Origin: a virus
Taxonomy: Duplodnaviria; Caudoviricetes
DNA length: 64,000 nt
Direction: 5' to 3' (one strand)
Virus record (IMG/VR): IMGVR_UViG_3300014208_000027
Coordinates: 64,001 to 128,000 of that record
Shown: in pieces, positions 48,802 to 57,775 of the stretch
Numbering within the stretch: the stretch's first letter is position 1
How the letters are laid out: every line of letters begins with the position of its first letter
Made by a program: the position numbers and the translations under genes
The notes under the pieces: generated by a model
Told to the model about the DNA's origin: nothing
What the model saw: the letters and a program-made list of their open reading frames with translations, nothing else
The model's database searches: none

Positions 48802-48987
48802 CTATGCTATCACTTTAAACAGGCAGAAACTTGCTTCATAAATTATATATAAGGTATTAGTATCTAATTGCATTGTCTCCATTCTTACACCATATATTCT
48901 TTTTTTTGCTTTAATAATTTTTAAAACTAAAAAACAGTCTTTAAACATTTTTCCTTGTATTATCTGTCCAACTTTAAAGTTTTTCAT
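48802..48987 (-). CDS. SH3/KOW-like microprotein (MKNFKVGQIIQ...)
   Basis: Family motif, clear paralog of 49220-49405. Confidence 0.7.
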   Translation of the reverse strand: MKNFKVGQIIQGKMFKDCFLVLKIIKAKKRIYGVRMETMQLDTNTLYIIYEASFCLFKVIA

Positions 48988-49213
48988 AATTATTCTTTAA
49001 TTCATAATCGGATATATTTCCTTTAAAATTAAGTTTAAAAACAAAACATGAAAAATAACCTAAGTATTCTAACTCTGGAAAGTCAGGGTCTTTTAATTCT
49101 TCTAAAACCAGGATGATGCGTGTAGGATCTATTTTTGATTTTAATAACATTCCAGGTTTTCGATGCTTCCTACAAAAATCTAGTGTAGAAATATATTTTT
49201 CATATTTCGACAT
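48974..49213 (-). CDS. SH3/KOW-like microprotein (...KPGMLLKSK...)
   Basis: Family motif after a short extension. Confidence 0.62.
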   Translation of the reverse strand: MSKYEKYISTLDFCRKHRKPGMLLKSKIDPTRIILVLEELKDPDFPELEYLGYFSCFVFKLNFKGNISDYELKNNYEKL

Positions 49214-49219
49214 AGTTTT

Positions 49220-49405
49220 TTACGCTATTATTTCGAACATATTAAAACCAGCTTCATAAAACTTATATATTGCATTATCATCCATTTGTATTACTTCTAA
49301 TCTCTCGCCGTATATTCTTTTTGGTGTTTCAATCACTTTTAAAATTAAAAAACATTTTTTAGATCGTTTATGTTGAATAAGTTGTCCTACTTTAAAATTC
49401 ATCAT
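49220..49405 (-). CDS. SH3/KOW-like microprotein (MMNFKVGQLIQ...)
   Basis: Family motif, start adjusted. Confidence 0.7.
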   Translation of the reverse strand: MMNFKVGQLIQHKRSKKCFLILKVIETPKRIYGERLEVIQMDDNAIYKFYEAGFNMFEIIA

Positions 49406-49577
49406 AGAAATTTCCATCATACCAGCGTTCTGTTTTCGATGTTTCAAAATTATAAATTGTGAAAATTTTTTGTGGCAGAGAATTAGATATAGAACCAGGT
49501 AGATGTTGTTTTAAAATAACACCTAGATGTCCAATATTAATTATTTTTACAAGATCCCCTACTTTATATTTCGACAT
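49392..49577 (-). CDS. SH3/KOW-like microprotein (MSKYKVGDLVKI...GHLGVIL...)
   Basis: Family motif, start adjusted. Confidence 0.7.
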   Translation of the reverse strand: MSKYKVGDLVKIINIGHLGVILKQHLPGSISNSLPQKIFTIYNFETSKTERWYDGNFYDEF

Positions 49578-49737
49578 AGTTTTTATCATGCAAATTTATA
49601 TGAAAACTTGTTTTTTGACCTTCGTGAAAATTAAAAACTTCGTATGTCGTCCAATCTCCAAGCGTTCCAAAACATTCTAAAATCAAACAAACTTCATTAT
49701 CGTCATAATATCTTACTAAGTCGCCTGGCTTAAGCAT
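49564..49737 (-). CDS. SH3/KOW-like microprotein, 57 aa (MLKPGDLVRYY...)
   Basis: Hand-translated, family motif. Confidence 0.7.
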   Translation of the reverse strand: MLKPGDLVRYYDDNEVCLILECFGTLGDWTTYEVFNFHEGQKTSFHINLHDKNYVEI

Positions 49738-49746
49738 TATATTTCT

Positions 49747-49932
49747 TTACGCTATTTTCTTATAATACTTTTCTAACGTTGAAAGATACATGTGACATGT
49801 TTTATTAGTTTGTAAATTTAAACAACGACAAATGATTTCTTTTGTATCACTTGAAAGCTGGGAGTTTTTAAGAAGAACAATTATATGTTTTGATTCGTTA
49901 TATCTTTGTAGCATATCACCTGGCTCAAACAT
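49747..49932 (-). CDS. SH3/KOW-like microprotein (MFEPGDMLQRY...), leaderless
   Basis: Family motif, ATG 6 nt after the -10 box. Confidence 0.68.
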   Translation of the reverse strand: MFEPGDMLQRYNESKHIIVLLKNSQLSSDTKEIICRCLNLQTNKTCHMYLSTLEKYYKKIA

Positions 49933-49938
49933 ACCATC

Positions 49939-49966
49939 ACTTTAGCATATATTCAGGATTTGTCTA
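49939..49966 (-). promoter_or_regulatory. sigma70-type promoter for the six-microprotein array
   Basis: TAGACA-N16-TAAAGT with TGc. Confidence 0.62.
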
Positions 49967-50006
49967 GGCGTAACTTTTTTTATTTTATGCCTTGGCTAAT
50001 TACTTC

Positions 50007-50942
50007 ATGGCATTTTTAGATCCCAAAGAACAGGTTCTAGACGTTCAGTTGACGCAGTATGGCAAAATATTATTAAGTAAAGGTCAATTAAAGCCTGCTT
50101 TTTACAGTTTTGATGATTCTACTATTCTATATGATTCTTTGTATGCCGGTATAACCTCTAGTCAGGGTGAAAATGTTGATAGGATCAAATCATCCCCTCA
50201 GTTTGATACCCAATATATTCTTCAAGGCGTAGAGTCTTCTTTTAAAAATTTAAAACATGACCTAGTAAGTGGAACTCCTACACGACTTGACAAACCAGAA
50301 GAAAACTTATTTTCTCCAATAGGGGATAGTAGCCCAAATTATCAAACTCTACCAGCTTTAGCTGCATATTTTTTAAATGGTCAAATTAGTGGATCAGTAA
50401 ATTATTTATCTTCTAGCTTAATGCCTAATGTTAGAATACCTCAACTTGATGCAGACATAACTTTCAATATCTTCACAGGTACAAGTGATGATAGTGGAAC
50501 GGTTATCGAGGCAGACCGTAGAGATTATGATGATGGCACGTTTATAAGTGTAGAACAAAACTATATTTTGCTTGAACTAGAAGAAGTGAATACAAATTTT
50601 GAGAATGAGAATTTTGAGATTGAAGTATTTGAGGTAAGTAATGAAAAACTTGTTCAAAATTTATTTGCGCAACTAAAAGATCCCATTGGAGATTTACTAA
50701 TAGTAGAGCCGCTAGGTAACAAAAAAAGAATTATACTAGAAACAAATGACGTGGAGTACTCTTGGAATATTCTAGTAGATTCTGAAATTGATCAGCAAAT
50801 TATCTGTAAGTCTTTACAGAATAGAAAAAATAGTTCCATATTTGTTCCTAGTAATCCATTCTGCAAGGATAAAAAGCCTTTACAGGATCAAAATATTTAT
50901 AAGACGCCTGCTGATGATTTTGACGAAGAGTGTGAATTCTAA
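50007..50942 (+). CDS. Tail/baseplate structural protein, N-terminally paralogous to 57776-58687
   Basis: MAFLD....VLD..LT..G...L..G.....F...D..I.Y shared N-terminus. CTAATTA 4 nt upstream of ATG 50007. Confidence 0.6.
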   Translation: MAFLDPKEQVLDVQLTQYGKILLSKGQLKPAFYSFDDSTILYDSLYAGITSSQGENVDRIKSSPQFDTQYILQGVESSFKNLKHDLVSGTPTRLDKPEENLFSPIGDSSPNYQTLPALAAYFLNGQISGSVNYLSSSLMPNVRIPQLDADITFNIFTGTSDDSGTVIEADRRDYDDGTFISVEQNYILLELEEVNTNFENENFEIEVFEVSNEKLVQNLFAQLKDPIGDLLIVEPLGNKKRIILETNDVEYSWNILVDSEIDQQIICKSLQNRKNSSIFVPSNPFCKDKKPLQDQNIYKTPADDFDEECEF

Positions 50943-51115
50943 TCACAAATTAGTTTACAATCTTGTTTGATAAACAGTTCAGTTTGCTGAGACTTTTTTC
51001 CATCTGAAAACCAAAAAACGTTTGCAATTTTTATGTCTATGATCCGTTCCGTACTAAGAATAAGTATGTATTTACCGCCTGCATATAACCATATTTGACC
51101 AGGATTAAGTTCCAT
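50939..51115 (-). CDS. SH3/KOW-like microprotein, 58 aa (MELNPGQIWLY...), leaderless
   Basis: Hand-translated, ATG 6 nt after the -10 box. Confidence 0.68.
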   Translation of the reverse strand: MELNPGQIWLYAGGKYILILSTERIIDIKIANVFWFSDGKKSQQTELFIKQDCKLICD

Positions 51116-51121
51116 TTTTAT

Positions 51122-51150
51122 AGGCTAGCATAGTTTCCTAGTTGCGTCAA
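51122..51150 (-). promoter_or_regulatory. sigma70-type promoter
   Basis: TTGACG-N17-TAGCCT with TGc. Confidence 0.58.
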
Positions 51151-51206
51151 TTCAACATCTTTCTTTTCTTTCTAATTATCATTAACCATTAAAGGATTTT
51201 TATTAT

Positions 51207-54200
51207 ATGCCCTTAGATATAAATTCGATTGTACCTCAAGTTGTCATAGACCGTATTGTTTTAGATACTTCGCACGCTATAGAGTCCAAAAATGATTCTT
51301 CCCTTACCGTTGCAGAAGCTAACTTTATCAATTCGCAAACAAACAAAGTTACTCGGGTGGGTAGACCTACAGATGTTTCTAAAAAGTCTAATGATTCCTT
51401 GCCATTTCTTGTAACAGTTAATTTTGTTATTAAGCAAAAAGTTGATGCAGGCCAATTAAGTGTATGGTTTGAAGAAGCATCTAATCAATCCTTTACAAAG
51501 TATTTTAAACTTCGTATATTAGCTTCAACAGATGAAGCATTGACAAACTTTATTCTTGAGTCTCCATCGTTTATAGATATTCGCAGTAGTTCTGTTGACT
51601 TTATGTCAAAAGATATAGAGTTGTCATCATATTTCACAGATAAATTACTTCTTGAAAGGTACATAGTAGAACTACCAGATGGTTCACGAGAGTATGATAT
51701 TCCAGTAGTTTTTCGAGTAAACTTTAAGTCTTCTACTATAAGACATTTATCATTATTTTCATCTTGTTATCTTGATGTAGCACAAATGTCAAAAGATTTT
51801 AATATGGCAATGGATTCTTCTATTCCATCTATTCAAGGAAAGGTGAATTCTGAGATTATCATTAGAGATTTTGATACAGTTGACGAGTCGTATTTATTCT
51901 TAGACGAGTTTGGTATGCCGTGGGAAGGCTTGGTAACGAAGAAAATTGACAAGGTAGAAATAAAAAAAGGTGATACGGTAGTAGATGTGGTTACTACTAC
52001 AAAATATGTAGCTGGTGACGGATCTGACACCACAAATGTGAAATATCTTACATTAAATCAAATTCCAAACCACAAGGTTCAAGATTTTAGAGTTAAAACC
52101 GAACTAGAAAAGAATATTTTAGATTTTTCTATCCTTGAAAATGAAATTAACCCTAAAATTCCTAACGTTTCTCCACAATCTTTAATTATTTCCTCTACTA
52201 TATCTCCCAAGAAAGCATATGTTTCTAACTTGTATCTTACAGGTGATAAATTAGGTCGTGCTCGTTACCTTTTTGGCATCAATGTGTTAGATTTTGCTAA
52301 AGAAAATGCTTTTTATGGTAAATTATTTAAAGATAATAACATAGAGTTGATGAATTTCATTAAAATCACTTCTATGAAAATAAAAAGAGTACGAGTTAGC
52401 CCTCATAAAGACGATATTAAAAATGAGTTTGGTTATGCACCTTTTAATTCAGACGATCCCTGTGATTTAATAGGAATTTCTAATGAAAAGGACCCTAACC
52501 AGTTTTCAGTAGGCAAGTTAAAAAATGGTACGCTTCGTGAAGTTGATTTAGATGTTGAAAATGGTATGAGGTTTTTTACAGGTGTTGATCATGACATGGG
52601 ATCGGTTACGTTTGGACTTTATCAATATGGAGTAGAAGTAGAATTTGAAGATATGACTTTAGATTTCCTAAAGGATAGAATAAATATTCTTCTCAACGCC
52701 TATGAAGGTTTAAAAGATTATAATTCCGATGGTTCTAAGATAAATAACTTTGATGCTAGCGTAGGACGATTCATTTTACCGTTTATTACGCAACAGGAAA
52801 ACTATTATAAGTCCAAACCAGAGTCTTCACCTTGGTCACGAGTTGTATCAGCTTATTTAGGTGTATTAGATTTGTTAGTAGATAAGTTAGATACAGAAAA
52901 ATATTCTAAAGCCTTGCTAACCTTCATTCACCCGAGAACTGGTTCATTAGACGGTATTTCTACGGTCCTGAAGCTCTGTGAAGACCTTTTAATGAAACTT
53001 GGGCAGGTGACTGACATATCTTCTACAGCGAGCCTTAGGAGCAAGATAAAGAGCACTGGTACGATTCCTAGTAGTACGATAAGAACTAGAGCTGAAGTAT
53101 TGGGTGGAGGTAGAAAACTAAGAATAGAAAAATACTTTGATTCTGTGTTTGACAGTGACCTACCTAAGAACACGGGTTATGATTATCTTTCTTCGGATGG
53201 TATAGAACAAGAGCCAAATGATGATGGCTTGTTAGTCGTTTCTAGTGTTAAGTTTGAGCAAAGAACTAACGAGGAAACAATAAAATATTTTAAAGCTGTT
53301 GATATTGATATCAACTTGAAGACCTCTACTAAACAATATACTGTAGATGATAAGATTTTAAATTCCAAGTATAGGTTTCTAACTCCTTCCTTTGTTGAGT
53401 TAAAAGGTGGAGAGAGTATATCTATGAAGAATCGGGGTACTGGCCTGTTAGGGAGTAAACAATATGAATCGTTTCTTTCTCAGGTTATGAATTTTAACTA
53501 TATGAAGAAGTCTCCTAGAATACCTGTTAGACAAAGTGCTCCTAATCAGGCTTCTAACTTGGTAGTTCAAGACCAGGTAACAAAAAATAATCTTGCCAAT
53601 GTAGCTTTTGCTGCTGGAATCATGTTAAACAATGAAGTTCCTGTAATTTCTATGAGTAGAGTTAAAGCTACTGATGTGGTTGGGTTATCTTCTAAATTTG
53701 CTGGTGAAAATATCGCCAAAGAACAATCTATGCCTGGTGGTACAAAAACAAATCCTGAACCAAATGCTACAGTTAATCCTAATGCAATATTTTTATCCTT
53801 ACTTATGCCAGAGATGGTTACAGGCGTTCATAAATTTAGTCCTACGGCTATTAAGCAAAATACTAATACTATCAACAATTTTAATCTGAATAGTAAAAAC
53901 AATGTTGTGGATAGATTGGCAAATGCTAAAATTAAAGATTTACCAAATCAGTTAAAATCTTTAATGGTATCAAGTGTTAATTCTGATGCTACAAGATTTA
54001 ATTTTATTGCCGAACAAAGTGATGTTGTTAAGAATCCTAAAAAATCTTTAGGGTTTAAGATGAATTATAATATGATCAATGAGGTGGAAGTTTTTAGTGG
54101 TTTTGTAGGTACTGAAAAAGATGATGAGGGAAACATTAGAAAACTTGTGAAGAATCCTGTATGGGTTAAATTAACTCCTGAAAAATTTACTGAGGCATCA

Positions 54201-54542
54201 AATAAAAATTTGTTCTGTAGAATGAGACGATATGAAAATAAAGATATGGGTGTCGAAATCCAAAATGGACTAGAACTTCCAACTTACAATGAATATTTTA
54301 TTTTAAGTCCTGAAGCACATTTAAACATCACAACGAAATTTCAAAGACCTGCTAACGCTAAGATCTTAGAAGTTCAAAACAAAGTTCAACAGGTAGAAAA
54401 AAATATATTTAATGCTGCCACAATGAACATGCAACATGCTAACTCATTGATTACAACAATTATAGCGAAGAAACCTATTCCAGAGTTAGAATCTAAAACG
54501 ATAAGTTCTAATGTTGCATCGAGAATAGTAGGAAGGAAATAA
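51207..54542 (+). CDS. Large putative virion structural protein
   Basis: 1111-aa ORF in the late module, CTAATTA at 51173. No recognisable domain. Confidence 0.55.
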   Translation: MPLDINSIVPQVVIDRIVLDTSHAIESKNDSSLTVAEANFINSQTNKVTRVGRPTDVSKKSNDSLPFLVTVNFVIKQKVDAGQLSVWFEEASNQSFTKYFKLRILASTDEALTNFILESPSFIDIRSSSVDFMSKDIELSSYFTDKLLLERYIVELPDGSREYDIPVVFRVNFKSSTIRHLSLFSSCYLDVAQMSKDFNMAMDSSIPSIQGKVNSEIIIRDFDTVDESYLFLDEFGMPWEGLVTKKIDKVEIKKGDTVVDVVTTTKYVAGDGSDTTNVKYLTLNQIPNHKVQDFRVKTELEKNILDFSILENEINPKIPNVSPQSLIISSTISPKKAYVSNLYLTGDKLGRARYLFGINVLDFAKENAFYGKLFKDNNIELMNFIKITSMKIKRVRVSPHKDDIKNEFGYAPFNSDDPCDLIGISNEKDPNQFSVGKLKNGTLREVDLDVENGMRFFTGVDHDMGSVTFGLYQYGVEVEFEDMTLDFLKDRINILLNAYEGLKDYNSDGSKINNFDASVGRFILPFITQQENYYKSKPESSPWSRVVSAYLGVLDLLVDKLDTEKYSKALLTFIHPRTGSLDGISTVLKLCEDLLMKLGQVTDISSTASLRSKIKSTGTIPSSTIRTRAEVLGGGRKLRIEKYFDSVFDSDLPKNTGYDYLSSDGIEQEPNDDGLLVVSSVKFEQRTNEETIKYFKAVDIDINLKTSTKQYTVDDKILNSKYRFLTPSFVELKGGESISMKNRGTGLLGSKQYESFLSQVMNFNYMKKSPRIPVRQSAPNQASNLVVQDQVTKNNLANVAFAAGIMLNNEVPVISMSRVKATDVVGLSSKFAGENIAKEQSMPGGTKTNPEPNATVNPNAIFLSLLMPEMVTGVHKFSPTAIKQNTNTINNFNLNSKNNVVDRLANAKIKDLPNQLKSLMVSSVNSDATRFNFIAEQSDVVKNPKKSLGFKMNYNMINEVEVFSGFVGTEKDDEGNIRKLVKNPVWVKLTPEKFTEASNKNLFCRMRRYENKDMGVEIQNGLELPTYNEYFILSPEAHLNITTKFQRPANAKILEVQNKVQQVEKNIFNAATMNMQHANSLITTIIAKKPIPELESKTISSNVASRIVGRK

Positions 54543-54545
54543 TTT

Positions 54546-57290
54546 ATGGCTACTTGTGAAAATAAAAAAGTTGACGGTAAATTAGAAGTAGCTAATCAAA
54601 AAAGTGACTACCTTGATAAATTAAAGTTTCAAGGTACTGCAAATTTAAATGAGGCTGTTCAGATTATACAGAATCAAACTGTAGCCGATCTTAAAGGTAA
54701 TCTTCTCCCTCAACAATATAATTCTTCTATCTCTGATAAAGCCTTTGCGCTTGGCAAAAGAATGATGGTATTAGATAAAAGTATCTATGGTCCATCTCTA
54801 CAAACTATTAAGAATCAAAAAGTGCTTTCGTCTGATACTCTGGACAATTTTAGGTTGAATAGCCTAAAGTATTGGACAATTGATGAGACTAGACAAAATA
54901 TAACTTATCTTAAAGAACCTGCTAAGCACCAAATAACCAGTTACAATTATTTTCATCGGTTAACTAAAGATAACAAGCCTAAAGATCCAAATGCAACTCA
55001 ACAATGGATAATAATCTCCCCTGATAGGGCAAAGTTTTTTGATGCTGTTGTTCCGAAGTCAGTTGCTTCTAAACTTCCCGCTGGCATTGCTGCCTATCAA
55101 AAGGCTAATTCTGGTGTGGTTGTAGTAGACGATAACGCATCTGCTATTTCTGCCAATTCTGTTAATGTGCCTCAAGGCATGGCAGTAGCATATAATCCTC
55201 AACTATGGAAATTATATGTTAATGGTGGAGTAAGTTCTGATGGATTTGTTTATCCTTCTCTATTAAAAACAAATGTAGAATATTTTGATCATGCCTTTGA
55301 GTTGAACGTACCATTTTTTCACGAAGAAATAAATGAATCCGCTCTTTTCGTCAAACCTTTGATATATGATGTTAATTTTGATTATAACTTTTTTGTGAAG
55401 GAATATGAAAAAAACATTGTTACTGTATCTGAACGTGACCTACCAAATTTTTATATTTTAGAATCCGAAATGGAACTAGAAGGCTCTAATCCTGAATATG
55501 CAAAAATGATTACTCTAGGCGGTGTAATGAATATTAAAGACGTTACATTATCTCAACCTAAAGAAGGTACAAACGCTAGGGGTAATAGTAAAAATTTCTT
55601 TGCTAGTTATGGTTTAAATGTCAAAACGGCTAGACAAGCCCAACAAGAGAAAAATGCTGTTCATGAGGGTTTGCAATATGTGAACGATAAACATTTTAAT
55701 CTGATTGTTCCTTTTGATAACATTCAAATTTTAAACAAATTTTATGGTCAAAAGAACATGTTCCCAATGTCTGTAGATTTAAGCTTTTCTACTGATAGAA
55801 CAACTTCTATATCAACTATCTTAAATGACTGTCGGTTAGATAAGACGTTTATAAAAGATGTAATTTTTGGTACGCATGAAAAATTTCAAGATTTCGTAGA
55901 AGATCTAGAGACTACCGTACAAACTAAAAATGATCAAGGTGGTTCAACATTAAATAAAGGTTCTAATGCAAGTTTTAATTCAAGAAGAACGTGGAACATT
56001 ACTGATTGGCTAATTGATGTTAGTAAGCGATTAGATGTTCCTGTCCTAACTAACGGAACAATTTTATTTAACCAAACTTCTACCGCTCAAGATAATGTTA
56101 CTGGAATCATGCGCAACCTGCTTCAAATGATTTTCACTGGCAAACTAAAAAAACTTATTAAAGACAAGTCTAGAACCTATGAAGATGTATTAAATGGTAA
56201 GTTAGCATATTCAGAAACTATGATGTATAGGATAGAAAAAAGATTAGCTGATGAACAAGGTAATCCAGTCGGAGACCCTATTCAAAATTACTACGTGGCT
56301 AATTCAAATCTAATAGATACGCTTAAGTTAATTGATATTCAGGTAAAATATAATACACGATACAGATATGATGTATTTGCTTTCCAATTAGTCATAGGCA
56401 ACAAATATAAATATAATAACATAGGTCTAGATGATAACAATGCTGTAATAGAAGTTGAATCTTCACCATCTGTACTTGTTGTAGAAGTACCCTACTTTAG
56501 TCATGCTAACATAATTTTAGACGATCCACCTGTTAGACCCGATGTGGACATTGTATCTTATAAAGATATTGATAATGAATTACTTTTACGCTTTAATGGT
56601 AACGTAGGTCAATACTATGAAATGCCTATTATTATTGATGTTGAAGACAGAAGAAAGGTAGAAGAGTATAGGCAAATAAAAAAGATTGCCTCTGATAAGC
56701 CATTTAGGTTTAGTTCTGACGATCATGCAAGTATATTTCAAATTTATAGAACCGAAGAAGAACCAAAAGATTACTCTAGTTTTGCCGGTAAATTAAGAAT
56801 AGCCGTACAAACTGACGTATCTCCTTTAACGGCTCAATCGGCTACTTCTGCGGCATATAAAGATAAAATAAAGCCTAATAGAAAGTATTGGTATACGTTT
56901 AGATCGGTAGATAATCATGGGCACTTATCGCAACCAAGTAATGTATTTCAAGTAGAAATGGTTAATAATCATGGCACAGTTTATCCAATTATAGAAGACT
57001 ACGAATTTAAGAAGGTACAAAATAAAAAAGTTAGCAAACCAATGAGAAGATATGTTTATATTGCTCCTACCATGATACAAAGTTTGATAGATGAAGAAAA
57101 AAGTAATATGATTGGCATAGAAAGTGCAAAAGATATAGACGTAAGCAAGGTTACATTAGGACTAGAAGATCAAGGTGTGTGGAATAAAAGATATAAGATT
57201 AGAATAACAAGTAAAAAGACTGGTAAAAAAATAGATATTAATGTCATGCCAACATATAAAGGCGTAAGGAAAGAAAAAAAAGAAGATTAA
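54546..57290 (+). CDS. Large putative virion structural protein
   Basis: 914-aa ORF. C-terminal Fn3/Ig-like pattern (Y.IYR...D..KPN.KYWY.FRSVD..G..S.PS.V). Confidence 0.55.
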   Translation: MATCENKKVDGKLEVANQKSDYLDKLKFQGTANLNEAVQIIQNQTVADLKGNLLPQQYNSSISDKAFALGKRMMVLDKSIYGPSLQTIKNQKVLSSDTLDNFRLNSLKYWTIDETRQNITYLKEPAKHQITSYNYFHRLTKDNKPKDPNATQQWIIISPDRAKFFDAVVPKSVASKLPAGIAAYQKANSGVVVVDDNASAISANSVNVPQGMAVAYNPQLWKLYVNGGVSSDGFVYPSLLKTNVEYFDHAFELNVPFFHEEINESALFVKPLIYDVNFDYNFFVKEYEKNIVTVSERDLPNFYILESEMELEGSNPEYAKMITLGGVMNIKDVTLSQPKEGTNARGNSKNFFASYGLNVKTARQAQQEKNAVHEGLQYVNDKHFNLIVPFDNIQILNKFYGQKNMFPMSVDLSFSTDRTTSISTILNDCRLDKTFIKDVIFGTHEKFQDFVEDLETTVQTKNDQGGSTLNKGSNASFNSRRTWNITDWLIDVSKRLDVPVLTNGTILFNQTSTAQDNVTGIMRNLLQMIFTGKLKKLIKDKSRTYEDVLNGKLAYSETMMYRIEKRLADEQGNPVGDPIQNYYVANSNLIDTLKLIDIQVKYNTRYRYDVFAFQLVIGNKYKYNNIGLDDNNAVIEVESSPSVLVVEVPYFSHANIILDDPPVRPDVDIVSYKDIDNELLLRFNGNVGQYYEMPIIIDVEDRRKVEEYRQIKKIASDKPFRFSSDDHASIFQIYRTEEEPKDYSSFAGKLRIAVQTDVSPLTAQSATSAAYKDKIKPNRKYWYTFRSVDNHGHLSQPSNVFQVEMVNNHGTVYPIIEDYEFKKVQNKKVSKPMRRYVYIAPTMIQSLIDEEKSNMIGIESAKDIDVSKVTLGLEDQGVWNKRYKIRITSKKTGKKIDINVMPTYKGVRKEKKED

Positions 57291-57454
57291 ATATGATTTA
57301 AAGATAGAGGGTGGATGAAGGCGATTTCCTGATTTGTAAAGCTAAATATTAGGATTAGTGGGCCACGACTAGGTAGAACAATTCCAATTTCATTGTAAAA
57401 ATAATGTGAAGGATTAACATTTTTAACTAAATCACCAACTTCAAATTTAGTCAT
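57287..57454 (-). CDS. SH3/KOW-like microprotein, 55 aa (MTKFEVGDLVKNV...EIGIVL...)
   Basis: Hand-translated, family motif. Confidence 0.7.
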   Translation of the reverse strand: MTKFEVGDLVKNVNPSHYFYNEIGIVLPSRGPLILIFSFTNQEIAFIHPLSLNHI

Positions 57455-57489
57455 AACATTTTCCAAGGCATAAAAAAAATAACAAATAG

Positions 57490-57561
57490 TCCGCCATCAA
57501 GGTTATGCTCCTTGTACTATCGCTTATAAGGCGATTGCTTTACTGATTAAGCTAATGGCGA
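57490..57561 (-). tRNA. tRNA-Ile(UAU), 72 nt, non-canonical T-loop, CCA not encoded
   Basis: Acceptor TCGCCAT/ATGGCGG, D stem GCTT/AAGC, anticodon stem ATCGC/GCGAT with loop CT-TAT-AA, T stem CAAGG/CCTTG, discriminator A. Confidence 0.85.
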
Positions 57562-57575
57562 ATATTAAATTTTAG

Positions 57576-57648
57576 TAGCTCCTATCGGATTCGAACCGAT
57601 ACTTGACAGATTTTGAGTCTGTTGCCTCGACCGTTGGGCTAAGGAGCC
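57576..57648 (-). tRNA. tRNA-Leu(CAA), 73 nt, short variable loop, CCA not encoded
   Basis: Acceptor GGCTCCT/AGGAGCT, anticodon stem ACAGA/TCTGT with loop CT-CAA-AA, T arm ATCGG-TTCGAAT-CCGAT, A73. Confidence 0.92.
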
Positions 57649-57660
57649 ATTCATAGAATA

Positions 57661-57688
57661 ACATTAGCATGGTTTGAACAGTTGTCAA
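57661..57688 (-). promoter_or_regulatory. sigma70-type promoter for the tRNA pair
   Basis: TTGACA-N16-TAATGT with TGc, 12 nt upstream of tRNA-Leu. Confidence 0.68.
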
Positions 57689-57775
57689 GTGATAAGAATT
57701 TTCACAGGCATAAAAAAATAATCTCTTGCCTAATTATCATGTAACTGATACTATACAATAGGAGTATTAAAATAC

